Made by a program: the position numbers and the translations under genes. Of a stretch of DNA of 64,000 bases, positions 53,771-64,000 are shown one piece after another. Under the pieces are notes generated by a model. That model searched no databases and had not been told where the DNA came from. It saw only the letters and a program-made list of their open reading frames with translations. Source of the stretch: the human T2T-CHM13v2.0 reference genome, Homo sapiens. The stretch lies in assembly GCF_009914755.1 (NCBI RefSeq), contig NC_060932.1; one strand, given 5' to 3'. Each line of letters opens with the position of its first letter. Position 1 is the first letter of the stretch.

Positions 53771-54142
53771 TTTTTTCCTTTATAAATTACAAAAGAGAAA
53801 ACGAGCATAAAGCAGCCCCATCAGCAATTATCACCTCATCTGCAAAAGGTCCCGGCGCTCACTGCCGTGCCCCTCCCGCCGCTGTCCAGTTCCCTGCCTG
53901 TCACACCAAAATTCTCCTCTACTTTCTCACCTCCCATCCTTTCATTTTTCCCCCTAAATTTTTAAACTTCAGAAGTGCACAATACACATGTAACAAACCC
54001 ACACATGTACCTCCAAATCTAAAATAATTTAAAAAAACAAAAAGGAAACTCTAAATTTTTTGAGTGCAGTGATACATTCTTGCTGTGCCAAATCCAGTAA
54101 CACAGAAGCATGCAAAGAAAAAGGCAGCACCACCCCCCTCCA

Positions 54143-54173
<31 letters not shown>

Positions 54174-54275
54174 CGCACATATGCACGCACACACACGCAC
54201 ACGCACACACGCACACGCACACACTCCAGCCTGGGCGACAAGAGCAAGACTCCATCTCAATAAATAAATAAAGAA
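54143..54275 (+). repeat. (CA)n/(CACG)n microsatellite fused to a short Alu 3' end
   Basis: acacacac...gcacacactccagcctgggcgacaagagcaagactccatctcaataaataaa. Confidence 0.88.
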
Positions 54276-54842
54276 AATAGTAATTGAATATTTTCCTTCA
54301 GGAAACAGCACCCTGCAGGGAGGGGAAGTCTTATGACCCTCAAAGTTTGAGAGCCTCTCTTAACTTCCCAATGGCCTCTGTCTGCTGAACCAAGAAGCCT
54401 GCAAAACAAATACGTAAGAACTGGATACCATTTCAGTCACACATGCTTGCTGACAGTCACTGATATGGTAATGCCTCCTGTACACATAGCTGACTCTGAA
54501 GACTGCTAAGAGGGTTTGGGTCTCTGCTGTACAGGACCTTGGCAGCCTGCAAGGAGATGACTCACATGGAAGTCCCCACACAAGTGCACCCAGTGTGAAC
54601 TTTGGAAGCATCGGCCCATGCTCAGGCCCACAGGTAAGATGGCCAGGAGCCCCTGCCCTTGAGGAAACTTGAACCACAGAGCTGCTGGCGAAGGGGGTGG
54701 GTGAAGGTCTCATGTAGCCTGTGTGATTCAGGCAGAAGTGAGAAGGACGGGTGGGAACCCACCAAGTGGACGACAAGCTGAAGGGCTCCCAGGGAGCAGA
54801 CACTTCAAGGGCCCCAAAAGGCCAGGAGAAAGAAAAAAAAAA

Positions 54843-55133
54843 GCCGGGTATGGTGGCTCATCCCTGTAATCCAGCACTTTTGGGAGGTTGAGGCAGATGA
54901 ATTGCTTGAGCCCAGAAGTTTGAGACCAGCCTGGGCCTGGGCAATGTGGCGAAACCCTGTCTCTACAAAATATACAAAAATTAGCCGGGTGTGGTGGTGC
55001 AAGCCTGTAGTCCCAGCTATTCAGGAGGCTGAGGTGGGAGGATCACATGAGCCCAGGAGGTGGAGGCTGCAGTGAGCTGTGATCGTACCACTGCACTCCG
55101 GCCTGGGGAACAGAGTGAGGCCCTGTCTCAAAA
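54843..55133 (+). mobile_element. Alu
   Basis: Consensus match. Confidence 0.9.
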
Positions 55134-55639
55134 GGCCAGGAGTGGAAGACAGGCCCTAGCCAGGAGGTTTCACGTGGCTGGCAGGGGCCTTATGAGAAGG
55201 CTGTTGCTGGGAGGGGCCTGCTGCAGATGGCTGCGGCAGACCACGGAGCTTAGCCTTCAGGATTTAGATCTGGGGATGACAGGCTCCTGTGTGCTTGTTG
55301 CGGAGCCGGGAGCACAGGCACCAGAATGATCCCAGGGCTCAGCTCCAAGGCTCCGCTGGGCCTGTGGTGGGGCAGTGAACGTGGACAAGACCTGGGCTTC
55401 AGAGGAACTTGATGACCAGGAGCCGTGGTTACCGCCTGTGCCCTGGCCTTCCTGCTCTTCAAAGGGTGTGTTCTGAGCTGAGGCGAGACCCACACGAAAT
55501 CCGAGCGGGCTCCGGAGTCACCAGACACCTAGGGAAGTATGGAAGGCCCGGAAGGACACACACAGCCGGGTGAGCCCCGCAGGGAGCTGTGCAGTCTCAG
55601 GTCGTCCAGTCCTGGGGCTGCAGGCCAGTTCTCCAAGCA

Positions 55640-55900
55640 GGTGGTCCTGGAGGCAAGCTGGTTTTGAAAGTAGGTTCTGAAAATAGGTCAGTCCAGGAAA
55701 CAAGCTCTGGAAGTAAAGAGATTCGGAAAGCAGGTTCGTTCTGGAAACAAGTTCTACAAACAGGTAGTTCTGAAAGCACGTGGGTTCCAGAGGCAGGTGC
55801 TAGAAGGATGTGGGTTCTGTACGGAGGTTCTGGAGGGAGGCGGGTTCTGGACGGAGGTTCTGGAAGGAGGCGGGTTCTGGAGGCCGGTTTTGGAAGCAGG
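55640..55900. repeat. Degenerate short-period repeat (ggttctgga(a/g)g...)
   Basis: Recurrent ggttctggaag / ggttttggaag / gttctgaaa every ~12-20 bp. Confidence 0.65.
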
Positions 55901-56079
55901 ACGACACCGACAGAGGCGCCTCGGACTGGGGCCAGGCCTGGAGCCTCCGCTCCGCGGGCAGAGAGAAGAAAGCAGGCATTGTCGGAGGACTCACACAAGC
56001 ACTTGTCCCTAACAAAACCGTTTTTAAAAACCCCATTGTGAACATTTTTGGAACAAGCCTCTTAGAGGGTCCCGTTGCC

Positions 56080-56830
56080 GGGGTGACAGGACGAAACGGC
56101 GCGAGCGGGCAGACTCCTGGAGTCCCCGCAAAGGGAGCCGAGGAGCTAGGCGCGCCGAGTCCAGGTCCGCCCTGACTCTCAGCTTGGGACGTTCCGTATA
56201 GTTTTTTTCTCCGTTTCCCGAACTTCTCCCGCACGCTCAGCGGCCGCCGCGGCGCATGCGCAGTACAACCTGCCAGCCAGCCGCGGGCGTTCCGGCCGCG
56301 GTTGCCAGGGGTTACCGTCCCGCGGGCGGGCGGAGCTGGCCGTCCAGAGCCCGCCTTCCTGGAACTCTGGTTGGCTGATATAGCTGTCCGTCGAAGCGGC
56401 ATTGCCGCCTATTGGGCAATGGCCAGCTTCGCACGCCAGACCCGTGCCCCGCCCAGCCGCGCCGCGGGCCGCCCCCACTCAGGAGGGACAGTCGGGGACC
56501 GGCGCGGGCACTCAGGAGCCCGCGGCCCAGGTGGTGCGGGCGGCCCTAGCCCGGCTGCGGAGCGCTGCGCGAGCGGCGGGCTGGCTGACCCCGAGGGACC
56601 CCCAGCGCAGCGGGTGCGGCGATGATCCTGGAGGAGAGGCCGGACGGCGCGGGCGCCGGCGAGGAGAGCCCGCGGCTGCAGGTGCGCAGAACTGGCGCGG
56701 CGGCGGGAGGAGGGGCCCGGAATCCCGGCCTTTTCCTGCCCCCCCTCGAGGCGCGTTCCGGGCGCCCCCCTCCTACGTCTCATTCGGCCCGGACGCAGGC
56801 AGGGAAACTGAGGCCAGAGCCTGCGTCCCT
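56080..56830. promoter_or_regulatory. RHPN1: RHPN1 / RHPN1-AS1 bidirectional CpG-island promoter
   Basis: CpG-dense; NRF1 motif GCGCATGCGCA 56252-56262; RFX X-box-like GTTGCCAGGGGTTAC 56301-56315; inverted CCAAT (ATTGG) at 56411; GC boxes. Confidence 0.8.
56622..56681 (+). CDS. RHPN1: Rhophilin-1 coding exon 1
   Basis: gcgATG gives MILEERPDGAGAGEESPRLQ; donor CAG|gtgcgc; 60 nt, phase 0. Confidence 0.93.
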
Positions 56831-59800
56831 CCTCCTCTGAGCTCGGTGGAGGTGCTTCCAGGCCACTCATGTGAGCCGGGAAATGCGGACAGCCAAAGTC
56901 TGGATCATCCTCACCGCTGAAGCGGGTTGGGGGGACGCCCTCCTCGTGTCCCCCTTCTGGGCGGATGTGGGGCTGGGCTCTGTGAGCGCCCTCCCCACAC
57001 CCGCCATCGTGTTCCTTTCCGGCACCTGTACAGCCTCCTTCCCTAGTTCGGTCCTCCCTCTGCATCCGCTCAGGAACTGCATGCCCATTGGGTGCACTGG
57101 TAGCAGCGGGCAGCGAAGCCTCCTGGGTATGGGAAACCGAGAGAGGTCTTCCCGGCTGGCCTCTTCTCACTTCCCAAACCTCCTTCCCTTCTGAAGTCCC
57201 TAACCCGGGGTGCTGACTGGGCAAGTGGGAGGGGTGGGCAGGGCTGTGGAGACCTGCTGAGTCTGTGCCTGGGAAGGAGGGGACGTCTGTGGGCCTTGCT
57301 CTGCAGCCCAGAGCCTGCTTGTTCCCTGCGGACCAGCTCGAGGCTGCCCCAGTCCTCCTGCCAGGCCCTGGGCGCCCACGCCCGCCACGGGCTTTCAGCC
57401 GCGGGCTGCTCCTGCTCCTCGCCCCGGGTGAGCCTTTGATAGCGCGCGGCCCTCCTCCCCTCTGGGACGTCAGACTGTGTTGTCCCTGGGCTGGTTCTAC
57501 TCGGCTTTGGTGTTTGGGGTTAGGTCTCCTAGAGGAGGAGGCGGTGCTATCAGCCAGGGTTTGGCTTCAGGTCACTGGGCTGGTGATGCTGACCGTAGCC
57601 CTCAAGGACGCCCTTCTTGCCCACCCCGAGGCGTGCCAGAGGCTGCAGCACCTCCTGGGCACTGGAGGGAAAGAGGCAGCCTGTGCCTGCCCCCTGTGAA
57701 CTTGCTCTGTCAGGGCGGCCATGCCTGCAGGTGGCCTGGGACGGCACATGTTGTTTTGGGTGGAATGTTTGGGAGGCTGTACAAACAAGATGTCCCAGAG
57801 GGCTCCGGAGGTGACGCTTTTCAGGCTGGGGGCTGTGCCTGGGCTCCCTGTCCTGGCCCTCCCTGGGCTGCCACCTTGGAAAGTTGGGGAGAAGCTGTTT
57901 CCAGGCTGCCGTGTCTCTCACAGCGTCCAGAAATGACCCCACAGTCAGGGTACTGGGGAGGGGCCCGTGGGAGGTGGCAGTGGGGCGGAGGCAGGCCCTG
58001 TGTCACACGCGCACCACTCAGGCTGTCCTGCCATCTGGAAAGTCTTCCCCGATGCCTGCTGCCGGGCTAGAGTGAGGCCTGTTCCACCCCCATCAGGCTG
58101 GCCCCCAAACTGGCCCTAAAGCTCAGAGTTCAGTGGGTCAGGGGTCGGTCGTTCATCCACTTAGAGGCCACACCTGGGCCTGAGGCCCTGTGGACAGGTC
58201 TGGGTGACTTGTATTTGCCCCAGGCGTGATGAGAGCAGGCTTCCAGCAAGCGCTTACCTGGTGCCAGGGCCAGTGCTACAGCTGGAGTCCTGCCATTGGT
58301 GCCTCCCAAGCCCTGGGCCTCAGCCCGTCTGATGAACAGGGTGAGTAAGTGGCCAAGGCTGCCAAGCTGGGAAGGGGAGAAGCCTGGCACGGCCCAGGGT
58401 GGCCAACCCAGCTGCCGTCCCTCCCGCAGGGGCTGCAGGGGCTCCCGGGGGAGGACCACAAGGAATACAGCCTGGCTGTATGCAGAAGGTTCTGTGGTTT
58501 CCTGGGGAGGCCAGTGGGAGAAGGGGGAGCAGGCTGCAGAGGGAGAGCGTTGGAGCAGCAGGTGGGCAGGGTGGCTGTGCCCCCCTCACCTGGTCTCCAG
58601 CATGCCGAGTGGGTCAGCCTGAGGTTCCCCAGCCTGGCTGGACAGGAGCACCCTCTGGGTGCTGGTTACAGGTTCCCAGGCCCCTGCCCAGGTAGATTGG
58701 GCTCCAGGAAGAGGGGTGCTCAGGAAGCACCAGTGCCTGGGTACCCCAGGGAGCATCAGAGAGAGTGGGAGTCCCTGCCGTGAGTGGCCAGTCTATGATT
58801 CCTCTGGCGTGCGTGCTGCTTATAGCCCTGTGTCCCAGGAGACACCTGTGCAGCAATGCCCTTTGAATTCTGTTCCCTCATCAGTGGGGGGCAGAGATGG
58901 TGGGTCAGGTGGGTGCTGGGCTTCCACCCTCCTGGGGCTTCCAGTTCTTGCATTCAGGTGAGACTTCAGTGGGGGCAGAGGAGAGGGGTACCTGAGATGG
59001 GTGGCTGTCAGCATACAGGGTGCCCAGGGCCAGGGCTCTGAAGGGAAAAAGCTGGTTTGCTCCAGGTGGGTGACCTCTCCCTGGGGACTGCCTGGCCCAG
59101 GGCCAGGGGATCCTGGGGGAGAGTGGAGGTCTGGCCCTGCTCTGATGTTTTGCTGTTCCCAGACCTGGGCTGGGATAACTATCTCTGCCTTTTGCCCGTC
59201 CCCAGGTCAGCCCCACTCTGGCCAGGGCCACACTGTTTCCTCCTGGGCAGAGGAGCCCCAGTGTCAGGGTTGGGGGGCTGTTTCTCTGTTCTTCGTCCCT
59301 CTCCATCGAGGCATGGCCAGGCCCTTCATGTGTGGCTGCCTCTCGGGACCCCCACAGACCACAGCCTCTCTGTCCTTTCCTAATGCAAGGCGGAAATGGC
59401 CACAGTGGGGTGTCAGGGCACCGTGGACGTGGGGGTGGGGAGCTCCAGGTCACCTTTGTCTCCAGAGGGTGGGGAGGTTGTAGCAGGAGTAGGGGCCTGA
59501 ACGCCTGTGTCTATGCCCCTTCCACTGGGCTCAACCTTCAACCCAGTGTGGAAAGTGGGGCATGGGCCGCCCACCTCCAAGGTCTACCCAGCCTCAAAGG
59601 TCCGGCTCGGGTCTGCTCCTCCGCCTGTAGGCCGGGAAGTCACTTGGCCTGCAGGGAGCACTGCGGGTAGGGAGGCCGAGGAATGGACCAGGCCCACAGC
59701 AGGTGCCTGTGGGGCTCCAAGGGGCCAGGCTCCCCGCAGCTCTCCTGGGGCCAGGAGGGGAGCAGGGACCTGGCTGGGTGTCTGATGCCCGTCGCACAGC

Positions 59801-60354
59801 CAGAGCCCTTAAAGCTGCTGGAGCCTTGCAGCGGGGCCTTTGCGGGGAGGGGGTGTAGCTGCGGTGGGTGGCACGGGGGTCTCCTAGGTACTGGGCAGAG
59901 GCCCTCGAGGTGGTAGCGCCGGTGGGAAAGGTAGGGATGGGAGGCGGGGGTGGGCGGGCCTCAGGTTCAGGGAGCTTCTCAGATCTGAGGCGCCCATGCC
60001 CCTCTCCCACCTGTGGGCCTCTCCAGCCCGAGTCCCTGAAGCAGCTCTGGAGGGAATTTCTTTTCTGGAGGAGGCGGGAGTGAGAAACGGGAGCAGGGTG
60101 AGGGTTCCCAAGTGCACATCGGCCCGTCCGCTGCTGGGTGGTGTCCACGGGGGCAGGGCTGGGCTGGGGGAGGCCAGGGTCCTGGGCCGGCACACCCTCC
60201 TTCCGGCTGCCTGTGTCCCTCCCTCCAGCTGCCTGTGTCCATCCCTCCGGCCGCCTGTGTCCCTCCCTCCGGCCCCTAAGCGCCAACTCATCTTCAGTTC
60301 AGGGACCTCCGTCAGGCTCCCTCACCCCAGCACTCAGCAGGAGGCTGCCGGCCT

Positions 60355-61377
60355 GGGTGTCCAGGGGATGGTGCGGGTGTCCAGCAGACAGTACAGGGGT
60401 TTGGGGGATGGTACAGGTGTCTGGGGGATGGCGTGGGTGTCCAGCAGATGGCGCAGGGGTTTGGGGGATGGCACAGGTGTCTGGGGGACAATGCGGGGGT
60501 TTGGGGGATGGCGTGGGTTCCAGGGGATGGTGCAGGGGCTTGGGGGATGGTGTGGGTTCCAGGGGACGGTGTGGGGGTTTGGGGATGGCGTGGGTTCCAG
60601 GGGACGGTGTGGGGGTTTGGGGATGGCGCGGGTTCCAGGGGATGGTGTGGGGGTTTGGGGATGGCGTGGGTTCCAGGGGACGGTGCGGGGGTTTGGGGAT
60701 GGCGTGGGTTCCAGGGGACGGTGCGGGGGCTTGGGGGATGGTGTGGGTTCCAGGGGACGGTGTGGGGGTTTGGGGATGGCGTGGGTTCCAGGGGATGGTG
60801 CAGGGGCTTGGGGGATGGCGTGGGTTCCAGGGGAGGGTGCGGGGGCTTGGGGGATGGTGTGGGTTCCAGGGGACGGTGTGGGGGTTTGGGGATGGCGCGG
60901 GTTCCAGGGGATGGTGTGGGGGTTTGGGGATGGCGTGGGTTCCAGGGGACGGTGTGGGGGTTTGGGGATGGCGCGGGTTCCAGGGGACGGGGCGGGGGCT
61001 TGGGGGATGGTGTGGGTTCCAGGGGACGGTGTGGGGGTTTGGGGATGGCGTGGGTTCCAGGGGACGGTGTGGGGGTTTGGGGATGGCGCGGGTTCCAGGG
61101 GACGGTGTGGGGGTTTGGGGATGGCGCGGGTTCCAGGGGACGGGGCGGGGGCTTGGGGGATGGTGTGGGTTCCAGGGGACGGGGCGGGGATTTGGGGGAT
61201 GGCGTGGGTTCCAGGGGACGGTGTGGGGGTTTGGGGATGGCGCGGGTTCCAGGGGACGGGGCGGGGATTTGGGGGATGGTGTGGGTTCCAGGGGACGGTG
61301 TGGGGGCTTGGGGATGGCGCGGGTTCCAGGGGACGGGGCGGGGATTTGGGGGATGGCGTGGGTTCCAGGGGACGGTG
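60355..61377. repeat. 38-39-bp G-rich VNTR in RHPN1 intron 1
   Basis: Unit gggggtttggggatggcgtgggttccaggggacggtgt; about 23 homogeneous copies plus 3-4 diverged 5' copies. Confidence 0.96.
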
Positions 61378-61379
61378 CC

Positions 61380-61613
61380 TCATCCTCCAGTCTCTGTCTC
61401 TGCCTTCCCATGGCCACCTCCATGTGACTGTGTTCAAATTCCCCACCTCGTATAAGGACCCTTGTCACTGCGATTAAGGACCCCCTACTCCAGGGTGGCC
61501 TCATCTTAACTCATTATATCTGCAAAGACCCTATTTCTAGAAAAATTGCAGTCACAGGTACTGGGAGTCAGGACTTGAACCTGTCTTTTGTGGGGACACA
61601 ATTCACCCATAAT
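61380..61613 (-). mobile_element. MLT1-like MaLR LTR fragment
   Basis: tataaggac...cctcatcttaact...tctgcaaagaccctatttc...ggggacacaattca. Confidence 0.75.
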
Positions 61614-63186
61614 AGATGGTCACCCGCTCAGCTGGCTGCTGTGATTTTGGGGGGCTGGACGAGCAGGCCTTCTGTCTAGGAAATCAAACCTTTCTTGTAT
61701 AATGGGAATAAACTAATTAAAATGCACACAAAGATCTCGTTCACATTAGCAAAAAGAACTCTCTCCAGATATCTAGGAGAAAACCCAGGAAAACACGTGT
61801 GAGCTCTTTACGGGGAAGACGGGAAGGCCTGAGAGACGTGTGTGCGTGGAGAGGGTGTCGGGTCCACAGAGGGGAAGACCCAGTGCGTGTGCACGTTGGC
61901 CCCATGAATCCGCAGCTTCATGCAGTGGTAGGTCAGTTTCATGGTGGCAAGATTCACCTTCAGACGCCACAAGGTCCTGGGGAAGAAGAGGTCCTGTCTC
62001 CCGACAAGGGCGGGAAGCAGTCCCAGGAGCCACCAGAGGCCTTGTCTTGCTGCTGACTGGCAGAAATGGCCAGGTTGGCCACGCCTGACTCAGACCAGGC
62101 TCGCCCCAGGGCTGGGTGGGAGTCAGTGTCCCTGAGCAGTGAGCCCTGAGCAGCACTGTGGGTCTCAAAGCATGGAAGGAGTGGGTGCTGGAGAGGCAAG
62201 CCAGCCAGCCCACGCCTGGGAGCCCACCCAGGGGACAGCCACAGGTAGCTGCAAATAATCTTGTCCGGGTGGAGACCCAGGCATTCCCACATGGCCACGG
62301 GGAAGAGTGGGGGTTGGGAGGCCATGGTGAGAGGGAGGGACACGTGAGGATCATGTGGGCAGGACCCCAACACCACAAGGGTGGGGTGGGCTGAGGCATG
62401 AAACTGGATCTCCCTAGAGTGAAATGTAAGCTCCAGCACGCTGGCACCACTGACGACACAGGAGCCATCAAAGTCCAGAAGGGGCCCCGCTGGGCACGCC
62501 CCACTCTTTCGCCATGGCTGGTGCTGGGCAGGGCCGCGGGGCTGCAGTCTGGGTGCAAGGCTCAGAGTCATTTCTCTGTGGATAGGGAGGGCACGGGTGT
62601 GCGTTCGCTTCGAGAACCATTCCCAAAGTCAGACCGCAGCCTCTGCACCAACCATCGGGGGCCAGTGGCCGCCCCCAGAGCCTCAGGGACCCTGTCCTTT
62701 GAGCCCACGCCTAAACCCACATGGGAATGATTTGGAGGCGTGGGTGAGTTGGATGGGAAAAAAATTGGGAGGGGCAAGGGGGGGATCCAGAGTGAAATCC
62801 AGAAGCGCAGAAGGAAGGCTGTGAGGAGCAGTGGGCCGCCTCCTGCAGGGCTCCCGGAGCCCCTACTTGTCCAGGCTGCCTGGTGAGACCCTGGCTTCTG
62901 GTGTCCTTGGCAGGTGCCAGCCTCCCCCGCTGACCCCCATCACGAGTCAGCAGCTTACCCCACCGACCACGTCCTTCTGCATTGACTGCCTCCTGTCCTG
63001 CTCTGGCCAGGCCTGTGTTCACACTAGTTCTGTCCAGCCCCTCCCTGTGAGGCCAGCTCCAGCCCCAGCGCATGGTGACCATCCCGTTACCCATGGGCAG
63101 GATGCACTCCTCTCAGTGGCTGGCGAGGCGCAGCCTGGTGCGGGCGCCACGGGGTCGGGCTGTGATCGCCTGTGGCCTCCCTGCAG

Positions 63187-63302
63187 GGCTGTGACTCCCT
63201 GACGCAGATCCAGTGCGGCCAGCTGCAGAGCCGCAGGGCCCAGATTCACCAGCAGATTGACAAGGAGCTGCAGATGCGGACGGGCGCTGAGAACCTCTAC
63301 AG
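63187..63302 (+). CDS. RHPN1: Rhophilin-1 exon 2 (start of HR1/REM-1 Rho-binding domain); gene continues beyond the window
   Basis: ctccctgcag|GCDSLTQIQCGQLQSRRAQIHQQIDKELQMRTGAENLY AG|gtcagt; HR1 GAENL motif; 116 nt. Confidence 0.95.
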
Positions 63303-64000
63303 GTCAGTGCTTGAGACTGCCCGGCCCCGGGAGCAGGGCCCACCTGGGTGAGGGGGGCAGGACAGCCACGCAGGCAGATGTCTGCCCCATGGCCGGGTCA
63401 CAGAGACAGGTGCATGAGCAGCTGGGTCCTGGTGGGCACGTAGTACACGTGATGCTCAGCCATGACCCTCACAGACCTGCCTCCGTGGGCCTCTGTGCTG
63501 GGCTGGAGGTGCCAGGAAACCAGTGTCCCTGCCGGGTGTGCAGCTTGGGAAGCCCCAACAGTGCACGTGGGGGCTTCTCAGAAGAGGCATGGTTGAGGCT
63601 GAGCTGTGGCAGGTGACGGCGCGTCCCAAGGTTGGGGACCTGGGAGGGGGTGGAAGACCTGGGCTGCCTCTTCCTTAGAGCACACCGCCTGTGTGCCACA
63701 CATGTGCGTGTGAGTGCCCCTCGGTCCCCTTAGCACCTGCTACCTCGCTGCCCCCATCCTGGCCTTCCCTGGGGACCTCCGGTCCCTTTGCCAGGCCCTG
63801 ATGCAGGCACAGAGAGGTGTGTGGCTCTCACCCACCATCCAAGGAGTGATGTTTGAGTGCTGTCGAGGGCTGTATGAGCCCCAAAGAAAGCCGTGGTGCT
63901 GAGGGAGGTGCCCCCAGGCCAGAGTCGGAACATGCAGGTGCTGGGGTCGGGGTGATGAACTGTAGGGGGCATCACCTGTGAGCCCCCGGATCCCACTGCT

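Larger units (their letters stand above)
54260..56270 (-). ncRNA. RHPN1-AS1: RHPN1 antisense RNA 1 (head-to-head lncRNA); boundaries approximate
   Basis: Inferred from knowledge of the locus: a divergent transcript of about 2 kb from the RHPN1 CpG island. Its ends cannot be determined from the sequence. Confidence 0.55.

Noticed and set aside
56682-56840. Extension of the RHPN1 exon 1 ORF to 72 aa
   Set aside because: Read-through past the CAG|GT donor into intron 1; the true frame continues at 63187
59996-61504. 340-493-aa Gly/Trp- or Pro-rich ORFs on both strands
   Set aside because: Translations of the 38-bp VNTR; open in nearly all frames

Overview
This is human (primate) genomic DNA that I recognise as the chr8q24.3 TOP1MT-RHPN1 locus. 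The minus strand carries TOP1MT (mitochondrial type IB topoisomerase) coding exons 1-12 at 22626->3042. All introns are GT-AG and the frame is continuous over 1553 nt; exons 13-14, with the catalytic Tyr, lie left of the window. The plus strand carries RHPN1 (rhophilin-1) coding exons 1-2, with the RHPN1-AS1 lncRNA head-to-head. There are three CpG-island promoters, dense Alu/L1/LTR insertions and several large tandem repeats. The main unexpected signal is a decayed coding region 5.4 kb upstream of the mitochondrial-targeting exon 1, on the TOP1MT strand (29264->28037). It encodes a K/E-rich peptide with an SV40-type NLS (PKKRKL) and ends RWK-TG|gt. That is the splice phase needed to join exon 2 and rebuild the WKWW motif of nuclear TOP1, so it looks like the relic of a nuclear-type N-terminus. 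Repeat-family names and boundaries were judged by eye and are approximate.
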